A DNA stretch of 63,213 nt, counting the filler, from Octopus bimaculoides (lineage: Eukaryota), in assembly GCF_001194135.2 (NCBI RefSeq). It is 11 parts of 8 records of this genome, joined end to end, with 100 filler letters (N's around TTAATTAATTAA, not from the genome) between each part and the next. Parts side by side here need not be neighbours in the genome. Positions count along the whole stretch, not along the records: positions 1 to 21,838 come from NC_068984.1; 10 more parts are not named here. One strand, written 5' to 3'. The translations under genes and the position numbers were made by a program. Positions 1 through 13,333 of this stretch are shown here, piece after piece; the stretch's first letter is position 1; the number at the start of each line of letters is the position of its first letter. Under the pieces are notes generated by a model. That model saw nothing but the letters and a program-made list of their open reading frames with translations, searched no databases and was not told where the DNA came from.

Positions 1-879
1 TATGTATGAGAATATGTATATGTATATGTATTTTTCCATATGTGTATTTTCATACACTGTTTTTAACACTGTTTTTAACAATTTCACCTTAATATGACAA
101 TCAGTATGTAACACTACAAAGTTCATACAAAGCTTTATACTTTAAATATATTTTATCATCAAAGAATGTATATATGCATTTTAATACTCAGACTGTTTTT
201 TAACATTTTTTATTATTCTCAAAGACTTTTGATAATCTTTTTCTAAAAAAGTGAAACCGGTTAAGTAAATAAATATTTTTTAAAAATAAGTGCATTTTCA
301 AACTTTCTTTCATATATATTTCCACTCGTACGGTATTCCACAACTTTACTTTATTATATATATATATATATATATATATTCATACATCATCCATACATAC
401 ATCATACATACATGCATACAGACATAGAAACACTTTCACATACACATGTAAATACATAATTGCCGAGATAAATATTAGTTGAGCGAGAAGGAGTGTAAGT
501 AAAAGATACTAGAAAAGTTAACATGAAGTGCAGGATGTTTGTACATACGAGATTAAGTGGTAAGGAAGGGGTAAAGTGCATCTATACACAGACGTTCTTA
601 CGTAAGAGAAAGATTCATAAAGACAGTGGAGGAGAAGGAGTTGGAGTAGGTGACAGACAAAGTATGGGAAGAGTTATACAAATAATTTGTATTATATATT
701 GTTGTAAGGTAATAACTATTTTCTTTTTGGTAGTTAGCATGCATTTCATAATTGAGTACTTATATTTAGAAACTTGATAAAAACTTATAATTATTACATG
801 AATGCCTTAATTTATGATTTTACCTGTGGCGGGAAGAGTATAATTCCAATGTTGTATTTCATATGAAGGGTAACACTTC

Positions 880-930
<51 letters not shown>

Positions 931-1299
931 CATACACACTACATACACACACATACACGCAGTGGTAAGAAACTCTCAAGAGGGCTGAGCAGCTGAAAGT
1001 CTTCAGAGAAGAAACTCACTTCAGGCAAGTTTTACGCCCTGTAACTCTTCAAACTCCGTAAAAGGGCCGGGTCGCATTCAGGTCATGACCCTCTGATGTC
1101 CTTCTGCTGATACTGTTTAGCCACTTGGATATCGGAAACTGGTGCATTTAAACGACTTGGAGATTTCATCTAGTTGGAAATTATCTGCGGTGACTCAGCT
1201 TTCAAACTTATGCTTAAATAATTAAATAGCATTGGTTGTCATGGTATCGATGAAACGTCAACACTATGACGTTAACTCACTCAAAGTTACTTCCCTTAG

Positions 1300-1860
1300 C
1301 GTTAAAATACACAAATATTGTCCTCAACGGTATGGAAGTTGTTTTTGTTCCTCCTCGACCAAATCTGTTTGGAACACCTCTCCACTGTTTCCGATATTGC
1401 TTTTAGGGCCTTGGTCCTGTTTTTCGCGGAGACTGAGAGTTGTTCCATTAAGTCATAAGTAAAATTACACACAGAGCCTTTGGTTCCAACCTTTATGGCG
1501 AGAATGTTGACCTGGAGGCTGGTTTCTCTCAAGCTGCTGGCTAGAAATGCGTATTCTTTTTGGTTTTGAATACGTGTGCTTTTTATATTTTTATTCTACT
1601 TTCAAAAGGCACGACGAGTTCAATCAAAATCAGATGGTTTCAAGAAACTGTAATGGAGTAAGATATCGGGCTTCAAACCTGTCTTCCTGATCATTTCTGG
1701 TTGTTTTGCTAATCCTAACAGGTCTGCTGAGCACGCCCAGGCATCCGCATCATGCAGATGACACCATTCCTGTACACCGTATACATAGATGTTCCTGGCT
1801 AATGTTTGCCCTGTAGAATGTTGTCGTTATGGATTTCAGTTTTGCTGTACTTATCACTAC
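1300..1860 (-). mobile_element. Decayed 3' end of an RLE (restriction-like endonuclease) non-LTR retrotransposon, HERO/NeSL-like
   Basis: Minus-strand translation, with frameshifts and stops, gives DAWACSADL...GLKPDILLH...LILIELVVPFESR..., then VNILAIKVGTKGSV...RTKALKAISETVERCSKQIWSRRN. This matches the PD..(D/E) endonuclease and C-terminus typical of HERO-type elements (RPDIVL..IELTVPWE..PIEVGCRGF..AEKASRWLW). Confidence 0.75.
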
Positions 1861-2356
1861 CAAGGACCCATTTATTCAAATAATTCTTCCCACTGACCCC
1901 TTTTAATATGCTTATCCTTATGTGTATGTATATATAAATATATATACATATATATACATATATACATACATATACACACACACACACACACACAAATATA
2001 TATATATATATATATAATTTTCACTGTAAATTTATTAGGAAGAAGCAGACGTCTTGCCGGTAGGTTACAGTAGGTCACGATGTTTATTTTGTTTATATCA
2101 GTATATTTTGTAGTAATACAGAAACAATAACAGTTAAAAATGGAATTATATTATCTCGATGAGAAAATTGAACCAAGAATTATCCGATCATTAAGCGGAA
2201 AGTATACGTATTCCGTAATCCGCTACTTAAAATGAGGACAATTTGTTAGAATACGTTTACGATCTTGATTTGTTCAGAAACTCTAAAGCAGCAGCGCTAA
2301 TGATTTTATTTTGTATGAAGTCATTTTTTTCTTGCGTCTGGTTTAATAAACTGCAG

Positions 2357-2358
2357 TT

Positions 2359-2434
<76 letters not shown>

Positions 2435-2450
2435 CAGCAGCAGCAGCAGC
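2357..2450. repeat. (TAG)n to (CAG)n compound microsatellite; representative of dozens of (CA)n, (TA)n, (GA)n, (TAGA)n, (CATA)n, (ATT)n and (GAT)n arrays
   Basis: Read directly. Other large examples: 878-960, 22252-22352, 24170-24290, 24896-24970, 34768-34953, 37670-37730, 59120-59280, 60680-60830. Confidence 0.95.
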
Positions 2451-3591
2451 TCTGTAATAAAACGCCTATAATACTTAAAAGGGGTCTGCGTTGTCTTTTA
2501 TCAATTGAAGACTCTTTAAATGGACCTATCCTATTTTATTAACGTGCAAGTGATTCCTTAGCAGTCCATCTAATGTTCTGACAATCACTCGATAAAAATG
2601 AAGACCAAAACTAAAGAAAGTCAGCGTTGTACTTTATCCAATATAAATTTTATTAGTGTTTAATCACATCAAACAATTTAACATTGCCATTTAATATTTA
2701 TCGCTGTGCAGAAACGTTTTGTTGTTGCTGAGGAATATATCTTCCGTGAATCAGTTTCTCCTTTATGTCCAAGCGCTCATATGAATGGAAAATTGAGTTA
2801 ACGCTAATGAAATCAAGTTATAGATAACGCAATTAAGCCTGAAATTCCATGTATTTGAAACGATAATACACAGTCAATTGAAAAAGCGAGTATAAAATAG
2901 CATTTTGGGAAGTAGAAATATTTCGTATTACAGCTCAGCTTTGATTAACATTTATTAAATAACTGTTATAAGATACCACCAAACAATTGTCCGACAGTTA
3001 GCAAACAGTTTTCCAATATTTGCTTTCAAATAAATTTTATTATACATTTAAGACCAGAATGTGATTTTTTTTCATCTCAAAATCGACCCTGATGGAACAA
3101 CCTATTATCAGTTATATTGGCACTGTTCTTTAACCCTAGGTCAACTCAAATCAAGCAGACCTAATCGAATGCACGGTTGCTTTCATTTAAACGAAGATAA
3201 ACGTGACTCGATGAGAGCAATTATAAAAGACATAGTTGTATATCTCCAAATCAATCTTCATTCAGTAAAGTTATTACTAAATTCTTTGGCATCCAATCAG
3301 CCTTGATCGAAGTAGCATTTGGGAGCTTCCCGCTGGTAATTAAAAAGCGTCATACTGTTGCTTAGATGCTGGCCAACCTTATGTGAAATTCCACTCATCT
3401 CATATGCATAGACATGGTTGTTGCTGATCAAGTCATCGTATTGGCCTATGAGTAAATATATTGCTGATGTTTAGGTTCAGGTAAGGCTCAATCAATCAGA
3501 CATATGTTCAGCGACAATGGGTTTAATGCTTAATCAAGTTTAACCTTAATTAAGTAGGTATATCATCACACTTTTTGCAGCCATCTCTATG

Positions 3592-3830
3592 TCATTTTTG
3601 ATTGTGACATAGTGTTTCAGGAGCAACATTACTGAATATTTTATTCATTTTGTACGACAGTCGTTTGGCGTTAGAGGAAAACTTGGCTGATAAGTTGGAG
3701 AGACACGGAGAAACTCCACCAGCTATTTGTAAATTCTTATGTGTGTTGTTAAATGTGCCAAAATATGTTTCAAAATGCAATATGTTTGATAGATATATAA
3801 TTCGGTTTTGTGATTTCCATTGTACTATTC
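3592..3830 (-). CDS. Possible terminal exon of an unidentified gene (weak)
   Basis: Acceptor-like ttccttatatttgtcttactctAG, then about 79 open codons to TGA (IVQWKSQ...APETLCHNQK*). No recognisable domain. Confidence 0.15.
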
Positions 3831-5419
3831 CTAGAGTAAGACAAATATAAGGAACATTAATAAACATTATTTCAGTACAACGATTCCAAACATAACTAGA
3901 ATAAAGAATATAAATTGAAACTGTATTTCATATATTTACTAAGAGAACATCGGCATAACACACTCAGCTCATTTATGAGTTAGCCTCACATCGCCACACA
4001 ATGCAAATATTACTATATGTGCTTGCCTTTCTGCTTAATTAGATACAGAATCCAAAGAATTATAAATCAAGTACGAAATACAGGGGTTAGTATAAAGTTA
4101 GTCAAGTGAAAATTATTGCAGAGAATTTTCCTTTTCGAAGAATATCTATAGATCTAAGTAACATAAATAAAACTATTCGTTGAGATATATCAATAATTAC
4201 AAATATAATTCTTTGGGGGTACGAATGCGTGTATATGTGAATATGGTATTTAAGTGAATACAGTCGCTTGTACACACCACACGAAAACATTATGCATATC
4301 TCACCCATATCTATATATAATTATCATATCACGTCGCGTGTGTTAATGTATTTGATCATGTGGATGTAATAATTGTGATTAGATTATTCTGCAACAATTG
4401 TTAATGTGAGATCATTAACTGTGTTAATTCTAGCTTTGCTTCTTTAATGAAAGTTCCAAGACAATGCGGATTATACACTATGTATGCAATCAAGATGAAA
4501 AAGAGATGTCAAATAAACTACTATTATGATATATATGTTTAAGAGACTTAAAGTATATTATAAACCAATGAAGACTCGTTTTTCGACTATGTATTATTGC
4601 TTTGTTTCCATTTATTTTCTTTTATCTAAAATGGTGTTTTCTTCATTTGCCATAGCGACATATATATATNNNNNNNNNNNNNNNNNNATATATATAATGT
4701 TAGAATGACGTTTACAGCAGCCTACATTACCAGATCAATTTCACAATATCAGATGATAAACAACAAAGAATTTATATAAACCATCGAGAATTTGTGGCAA
4801 CTGGCTAAGTGTTTCTTCTTTATAAATAGCTTTATTCATTTGAGGCAGATTATACACACACACACACACACACACAAACACACACACGCAAACACGCACA
4901 CACACACACACACACACGCACACACACATATATATATATATATAAACAGCTGGTATATTAAGAAACATTTTTTTCGAATGTTATCAAAGAAGTAACGAAG
5001 CATATAGTCTTTTCTTTTATTTGACAAATATTTCGAAGCGGTTTCTTTCTCCACGTACATCAATAAACAAATTGTATATAAAAGTAGTCACCTTTAAATT
5101 TTCTTGCAAATTATTTTCTGATGAAAAGTTCTGATAGCTTCGTAGGTTTTATTTGATATATTTGGAATAGAAATGAATGAAAATTCTCAGATAAAGAAAG
5201 TAAATTGAAATTCAAGCAGTATTTTCATGGCTCTAAACTCGAATATTCTATATGGCACAGCTGTTCCATAAATCATAAGTCAGAATATAGTATCTAAAAT
5301 AACAGCTGTTTTTCATAAAATTTAATTATCATCATCAATCACTTCGTCGTCCTCGTCAGCTATTGTTGTTGTCCCACCAAAACCACCACCACCACCACCG
5401 CCGCCGTTGTCGTCGTCAT

Positions 5420-5460
<41 letters not shown>

Positions 5461-5749
5461 GGAAGTTCAATTATATAATAATATCAGGACATGTAATGCA
5501 AGTGGAGTATATCCGAAATCTGTGTTATTCGCAGGTTTGGATACACATTCTGAGTTTTAGTTGTCTTATTGAATGCATTCCCCATTATAAGATAGAAGAC
5601 ATAAACGTTACTAAAGCATGCATTTCGTGGAAATTGAAATACAAATATAGACAGTATTTCTCTGAACAATAGTTAATGCAATTAAACAATCTAAATATAG
5701 CAGCAACTATATCGTGTATTGTGGTTACCATTTCAATGTAGCTTATGAG

Positions 5750-6245
5750 AAGAAACCTGCGTCGTCATACGTTCTTTCCTGGGAGCTTGCAGTAATGCGT
5801 TGATGTCGACGCTACGAAAAGCTTTCTCGTAATCAATAAACGCAACGCACAGAGGCAGCCGGTACTCTCTAGCTCATTCCAGCAACACCGTTAGAGTAAA
5901 TATATTGTCTGTAGTGCTGTACTTCTTTCTGAACCCCGTCTGTTCTCTTGGCTGCTGCTCATCCTTTTGTTGATTGAGATAATCGTTCAGGGATTAACTT
6001 CGCGAACAACTTGTAAATATGAGACAGGAACCAGATGGGACGCTAGTTCTTAAGATTTTCTTTATTGCCCTTCTTGTACAGCAGAATCGTATTGACTCCT
6101 TCCATTAGGAATGTATTGACCCTTCCTCTAGGTAACAGTTGAAGCGTAGAGCAAGGATTTTCTAAAACTGCTATCCGCTGGCCTATCTATGAATTGGGTA
6201 TCCTCAGTACACATGACTGGTATCGCACGTCTTTGTAAACCACAT
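5750..6245 (-). mobile_element. RTE-clade LINE reverse transcriptase fragment (pseudogenised)
   Basis: Translation DEQQPREQTGFRKKYSTTDNIFTLTVLLE*AREYRLPLCVAFIDYEKAFRSVD, preceded by a frameshifted KKGNKENLKN.RPI.FLSHIYKLF. These are RT domains 1-3 of RTE elements, with an in-frame stop. Confidence 0.85.
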
Positions 6246-6869
6246 ATCTGATATATATATANNNNNNNNNNNNNNNNNNNNNNNNNNNNNNNNNNNNNNN
6301 NNNNNNNNNNNNNNNNNNNNNNNNNNNNNNNNNNNNNNNNNNNNNNNNNNNNNNNNNNNNNNNNNNNNNNNNNNNNNNNNNNNNNNNNNNNNNNNNNNNN
6401 NNNNNNNNNNNNNNNNNNNNNNNNNNNNNNNNNNNNNNNNNNNNNNNNNNNNNNNNNNNNNNNNNNNNNNNNNNNNNNNNNNNNNNNNNNNNNNNNNNNN
6501 NNNNNNNNNNNNNNNNNNNNNNNNNNNNNNNNNNNNNNNNNNNNNNNNNNNNNNNNNNNNNNNNNNNNNNNNNNNNNNNNNNNNNNNNNNNNNNNNNNNN
6601 NNNNNNNNNNNNNNNNNNNNNNNNNNNNNNNNNNNNNNNNNNNNNNNNNNNNNNNNNNNNNNNNNNNNNNNNNNNNNNNNNNNNNNNNNNNNNNNNNNNN
6701 NNNNNNNNNNNNNNNNNNNNNNNNNNNNNNNNNNNNNNNNNNNNNNNNNNNNNNNNNNNNNNNNNNNNNNNNNNNNNNNNNNNNNNNNNNNNNNNNNNNN
6801 NNNNNNNNNNNNNNNNNNNNNNNNNNNNNNNNNNNNNNNNNNNNNNNNNNNNNNNNNNNNNNNNNNNNN

Positions 6870-6911
<42 letters not shown>

Positions 6912-7140
6912 TAGATAGATACATACATACATTCATACATACATACATAGATAGATAGATATAGGATTTAATAAGTATCAACATAAGTTCACGTATATTG
7001 TAGTCCTTACGCATGTATCACCGTTATGGCAGCTTGGAGACATTGCAAGTACGTGATTCAAGTGCATTTAGAAGCTCAGTCATATTAGGTCATCAAGGAA
7101 TATTCTATTGCATTAAGCTAGAAGTATACCTTATATATAA

Positions 7141-7300
7141 GTGCGGCCATGGTAAAGTGGTAAGAAGGCTACTGTCCAACTACATGGTTCCAGGTTCAGT
7201 CCCAATGCGTGGAACCTTGGGCAAGTGTCTTCTATTATAGCCTCGGACCGACCAAAGTATGTGTGTCGATTTGATAGACGGAAACTGAAAGAAACCTGTA
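7141..7300 (+). mobile_element. tRNA-derived SINE (family with the ggcaccttgggcaagtgtcttct core)
   Basis: A-box-like ggtaaagtggtaag, B-box-like ggttcagtccc, and a core repeated at about 54260, 56700 and 58850; ends in a microsatellite. Confidence 0.8.
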
Positions 7301-7319
7301 TATATGTTTATATATATAT

Positions 7320-7417
<98 letters not shown>

Positions 7418-8584
7418 CCTTGTGTCAATGTTTTTTCTTCACCACCACTTGACAACCGGTATCGGTGTGTTTGTGTCCTTTTGGCATAAGAGATCGATAG
7501 AATAAATACTGGGATCGATCCATGCTACGAAAAGTCACCGCTGTGTCCCAGCATGGGTGCTGTCTAATGACTGAAACAAGTAAAAGGCAAAGCAATATAT
7601 GAAATAACCGGTGCCTCTACAAAATAATCGGGACAGTTACTCATTGCACATTTACCTCTTTGAAAATAATATTTCGCAAACTATTGCACATTGATAAATT
7701 CAACATTTATTACAATTTCTGCCCCTTTCATACAAAACTCAACTTCAATGCAAATCAGAACTTTAGACTCTTTTATAAATTGAGCCTTCTGTTTCCTTGA
7801 TGTAACTATGCAGTAAAAACTTACTGTAGCGACAACTCTCCTGGCGGTAGTGGCCAGATTGCAGCTCAGACTGGAGTAGCGGTTCTAGAGTCATCATAAA
7901 CGGAGACGAAACTTACAATATTAGTTTCATGTGCAATGCGATGTCGTATTATAATTCGATGTCTCAATGTTCAAATTCTATTAATGCTATATCATCATCC
8001 AGCGAAAGTAATTTCACAACCAGATCTGCAACATAAACATAAACTTCGTTGCAACTTTCTACTACAAACTGTTATAAATATCAACAGCAACTACAAAGAA
8101 AATTACGCGCAAATTTAGAAAAAAAGTTTAGTGGTCAGATGAGAAACATTGCTAAGTGGAATCTTAGATATAATTGCAAAATGTGTATTAACAATGCACC
8201 AAGGCAATATATTTACTTAAATAGTGTTATTATGGAGCCAACTTTATTTCCTATCTAAATCATAACATATGGACGATTTGATATATCCCGCTTCTTCCAT
8301 TCCGTCTGAGATATGAATAATACATTATGAAAACGAAATAGAAATAAAGTTTTATATAAACGAAGAATGGCAACATTAAAGATATGGATTTGTTATAACT
8401 ACTCTGTTAATAACGTCTAGACAAAGAAGGCATTATATCACAAACCATATATTTTTGTGAGACGTAATTCGAATTCTTTTCTTGCTGTTTTATGCATTAA
8501 ATTCTACTAAGCAAATATATTAGTCAAGCGTACAAGTTGAGTAGAGTCAATGAATCGATGAACTAACCTATCTGTCTGTGTGTT

Positions 8585-8636
<52 letters not shown>

Positions 8637-8924
8637 CATCTATCTATCTATCTATTATTTTCTCACTATCACATACACGCATACACACACACACACGCAC
8701 TCACACACACAAATTATATATGTGTGCTTGTGTATGAGGGTATGTATGTCTGACTTTAGATATACATAATCTTTTTTTACTTGTTTCAGTCATTAGAATG
8801 AAGCCATTCACGCATACATATATCCATATATATATGTTGCCGTTTTTGTAAGGCCTTAATGGCCAAATTGTTGAAATAAAGTAGCTTGCTTACCCATTAC
8901 CCATGCGTTGACTAGTTGATTTCT

Positions 8925-9620
8925 GAGTTGAACATTGTCAAGACGTGCTTTTGAGGCCGTCTTATAGTGAAGAAAAGTTGAAGGTGCGACTGTAAGGTAG
9001 GTATCTGTATTTTTTCTGGGGATTTAGTGGGGTTTGTTGTTTGGTATTGTTTTTTTTCTTTTTCAAGTAAGAAATCCCCCTGAGTCCCGGGCATTTCTCT
9101 GCCTGCAGTCCCGCTAAGTGACTCTCTTTGTGAACTTGTGTGTGGGGGCGTACCCCACCTCAAAACTTTGTTCATCCCGAGTGAATAGTTTTTCTATTCA
9201 CTAAATTGTTTCGAATCGGAAGTTGTTGCAGATCCGTTCGAGGAATACGCTGAAAATTTGGATCGTTGCTGTTTTACAAGCAAAGTGTACGTTTGTGAAC
9301 AATATAACAAGGATTTATTGGATTCTACACGACTGAGTACCAGGTTCGAGTCGTGCTGGAGTACTGGTGTAGCCCAGATTGTTCTGGTGTGGATTTTTCT
9401 GTTCTTCTGTTGAACTGCTCCTTTTCTTTCTCCCTTCTTTTTTTTATGAACTGTTTTCTTGCTTACCATATTTATTTGAAAACCTAGTGTTTGTTCGCTG
9501 ATGGACAATGTATGCTTATCACACAGATAAACGTTGATTGAATCCAGTCTAAGATGTTTGTAAACAGCAGGAAAATCGTCGCAGATACGGAACACTGTTT
9601 CAATACATGGATCACACCCT
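8925..9620 (-). mobile_element. Possible decayed Penelope-like element (GIY-YIG/3' region)
   Basis: Broken translation ...HKRTLCL*...NNLVNRK... loosely resembles the PLE endonuclease C-terminus. The 3' end carries ctataagacggcc...cacgtc, resembling a decayed pLTR hammerhead. Confidence 0.3.
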
Positions 9621-10208
9621 GATTATTTTAGCAGGCAAGTTCTTGTTAGGAGATGAGGTATTTTCTATTGTGAAGAAGTTCACTAGTTTTTGTATTGTAA
9701 AGTTGAGAAAATGCATTCTTCAAGAAAAAAAAAAAAAAAACTCCGGCTTTGGGGAAGCTTGTGCATCGATTTAGGATTTTCTTTTAAGTTGCCTGCTGTT
9801 CATGTTAACGAAGTTGTTACGATTATGTTTCTTAGATAAGCGTAGTAATAATGTTTATGCTTTTAAATAGAAATGTTCGCAATAAAATAATTCGAGGATA
9901 TTTAACGAAGTTATCGTTCATAAAGTAAATGTGGTTTTGGCAGAAGTTCTCCAGGGTGCATGTAGATGATACTTAGAGACAGAACATTATGAAGTGATAT
10001 CATGTGTGTAGTAGTGGCTGCCGTTGGATGGAATACAAAATAGATTGGTTTTATATAGGGGAAAGAGAGTGGTTATAAAAGTATCCTTATGGAAGATGAG
10101 AGTCTGCAGTGGAATAAGATTCGAGTTAATCGAAAGAAAAACAGCAATCTTAAAACATTTCCATTTTTGCGTTCTCTCTCTCTCCCTCCCACTCTCTCTC
10201 CCTCTCTC

Positions 10209-10249
<41 letters not shown>

Positions 10250-10327
10250 NNNNNNNNNNNNNNNNNNNNNNNNNNNNNNNNNNNNNNNNNNNNNNNNNNN
10301 NNNNNNNNNNNNNNNNNNNNNNNNNNN

Positions 10328-10378
<51 letters not shown>

Positions 10379-13293
10379 GTAATATATACATTATTTACAT
10401 TATTTACATTTGATGGATATTCGTCCTCATCTTGTTTGTTCTTAACATACTACGGCTGAATGAGTGGACCTCTGAGAAGTGAATACTGTAGAATTTCCCT
10501 TTCTAAATATACGTCCAAGTTTAGTAGGATATAAATATTGTCATTTGGTACGAAAACTGCTTCCGTCGTAAATATTCTACTGGCATTGGCGACATCAGTA
10601 ACTGAAAGGTCACAGTTAGTATATGTGTGTACGTGTGTATGTGTATGAGTGTGTACGTGCTTGTGAGTTTGTGTGTGTGTGGGCATGATAGATGCACGTA
10701 TGGAAGCATGCATATGTGTGTGAGTGTCTGTTACTGTGTGTATGAAAGAGGAAATGTTTGTTTGCTCTGCGTGCACTGTTTTAAGGTAGAACAAAGAGAA
10801 TTTTCATAATCAATATTCAATTTTGTTTCAGTAATATTTGTAAAGGGTTAGTTTTGGAGAGGAATTGTATGGCGTTTAATCTCAACTGGACATGAACATA
10901 TAGGATTTCTCCTTTGAAGTACTGTTTATGGAACCATAATTTATTAGGAGTAATGCTTAAGATGATTCTAGAATTTTGACAGTGTTCCGTATAGCATGTG
11001 TTCCGTTTGGCAGTGTTCTGTTTGGCAGTGTTCCGTTTGGCAATCCATTTCAGCTTGGGAGATGGTACTGCTTGCAGGTAGTACAGCACCCAGAAATAAC
11101 CTCCTCGATTCGAACTCGTGGTACGCACTGAGGTGCCGTGAATGATATCCCTCAATGTTTTGTTTAAAGTCTTTCTTTCACAAACTTGCTGCACTGCAGA
11201 CAAGTGTACAACTTTGGGTTTTGGGAACTGCAAATTTTCGTTGTGTGGGGATTGTAGAGCTGCAAGTCTGGAAAAATTATTTCGTGCTTTTGATTGCCAA
11301 GTTCACGGTGTGTATAACATGATGATTCCGTTCCGGGTGCAAAATCATCCTTCACAGGGATATTGAAGGTAATTTTTCTTCTTTGACTTGCAGATTAGAA
11401 AGACCTTTCCACTTAGAAGAGAACATTAAATATACGTCGGTCGCTTTCTAGCAATGATTAGTTCTTGTAAAGCATTTAAGAACATGGAATGCTGATTTGT
11501 TACTCATGAAGCTGCAGTCGTATATCTCGCGTCTAACGCAACTGATACAGTCGAGCTCGCCCGGAATCGAATTTAAAACATTAAGATCCGTAATTCCATA
11601 CTGCAAGAATTGTATCTGGCCCAATAAACCTTGATTTATGAAATATTAGAAAGCTGATTTCGTAAATCATTTAGAATATGATTTCATAAATCATTTAGAC
11701 TATCTTTTTTTCTATATTTGTTATTGATTTCTACATCAGTTTTGAAAAGGGGCGTGCTGTAACATTGAAAGTATTGTCGTTGTAACTCTTGCATCCGTTA
11801 GTCTCATCCTATTTATTTAGTCTCGGTACTTGCATGATTGTGGAGCTTGTAATTATTTATGGACTTTGTTTCACGAAATATCCGCATTTGCTTTTCAATG
11901 AGATATACAGAAAATAGTGTAATGTATTGTATTAATGGATGATGTATTTTTTGCAAAAATATATATTTTAACGCTCTTTTTGTAAATGTATTGTAAATAA
12001 ACTTTTACATTTGTATTATAATTATATTCCTCAGTTGGAGGTCCTATAATTATTGAATAAATATATGAAAGAAATATATGAACAAACTTACCGACTTCTT
12101 TACATATTTCTATGAATTCAAAATTTAACTTTTAGATAAGTGTAGTTATTGTTAAGAATCAGCATTGAAATATACAGTGCAATACGTAAAAACTCTTTTT
12201 ACAATAGTATTATCTCTAATAATATACATTATTGATAAACAATATGAATAGAATGGCTACTTCTGTTTTTTGTATTTAACATGAAGCACATTAACTGTAT
12301 AGCATCGAAAGAAAAGCTAATAGAGTGACTAACACGAAGTCGCTCACAAACACGCCTCACAGACACACTGCCTTCCCTCTACTTTTATCAATGCACCTAG
12401 AGTGCTCTCCGACTCTTTGTGCAGAATGGTTTGTCTCATTCTTTAATCAGGCGCTGCTGAGTTACGTGTTTCTCCCCACTTATCATCCAATGTGGACCGC
12501 TTCAAAGCCAACAGTAACCTCTACGCTTACAATTTTGTCACAGGAAGTATTTCTCTGTGAAGCATATATACCAATTACAGTATTCAGGTAGATTCTTTTA
12601 TATATATTGCTTCCATACAAACTTTTACTCAATGTCAATCTCAGAAGTTGTTTCGAAAATTGCTAAAAAATATATATTTAAGATAATATTTAAGATAAGC
12701 ATTAAACTTTTTGCTAAAACACTTTTAATAACAAAACTGTCTTCGTTTTGATAGAACATTTTGATTATAAGTATCACCTCTAAATATTTATTCCATAATA
12801 TAAATGACAGTTCAAACAACTTAAAATGTAAACCGCTAATACTTGCTTTGAAATTTTATTTCATGACTAAACTCTATATATTTGATACGAAATATGAAAC
12901 CTAATAACACTAAATTTAAACGACATATTGAAATTTCACTGATCGAAAGAAATGTTATACACAACTATTAGTGTCATGTATTAGAGTCTAAAAGTATGAC
13001 GCGATACTTATTAGATAGTATCTATCCTGTAATTTAATTTAATTTAAAATATGAGAACTACTAAAATAGAACTTTTAAAAAATCCAAAAGATTATTGAAA
13101 ATATGAGACTTCTTATACAGGTTAGATAGGAATGCAAGATTTTATATATAGCTTATACAGAAATAACACCGCTGAAATACAATAAATAAGAACAAATGAA
13201 TATTTGAATGCTTTAGTGTGTGTTTGAAGGTACACATGTGTGTGAATTTGAGTGTGTCTGCTTCTCTTTGTCTGTGAGTGTGCGTGCGTGTTT

Positions 13294-13333
<40 letters not shown>

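Noticed and set aside
6128-7014. Long ORFs through N runs (also 54827-55699, 23735-24425) and poly-HT/YI/CV/poly-amino-acid ORFs
   Set aside because: Open only because of Ns or microsatellite periodicity.
10024-10170. LYRGKRVVIK...IRFEL resembling the receptor-GC kinase N-lobe (YKG..VAVK...LFEL)
   Set aside because: No credible donor, runs into (CT)n/(TA)n, and similarity is limited to a few residues.
10450-10602. Apparent minus-strand exon (VTDVANASRIF...LIQP)
   Set aside because: Its 3' part and supposed donor are the decayed tail of the hammerhead-relic repeat; no recognisable protein.
11140-11400. Cys-rich ORFs possibly resembling a LINE ORF1 zinc knuckle
   Set aside because: CCHC spacing is not met; too decayed to call.
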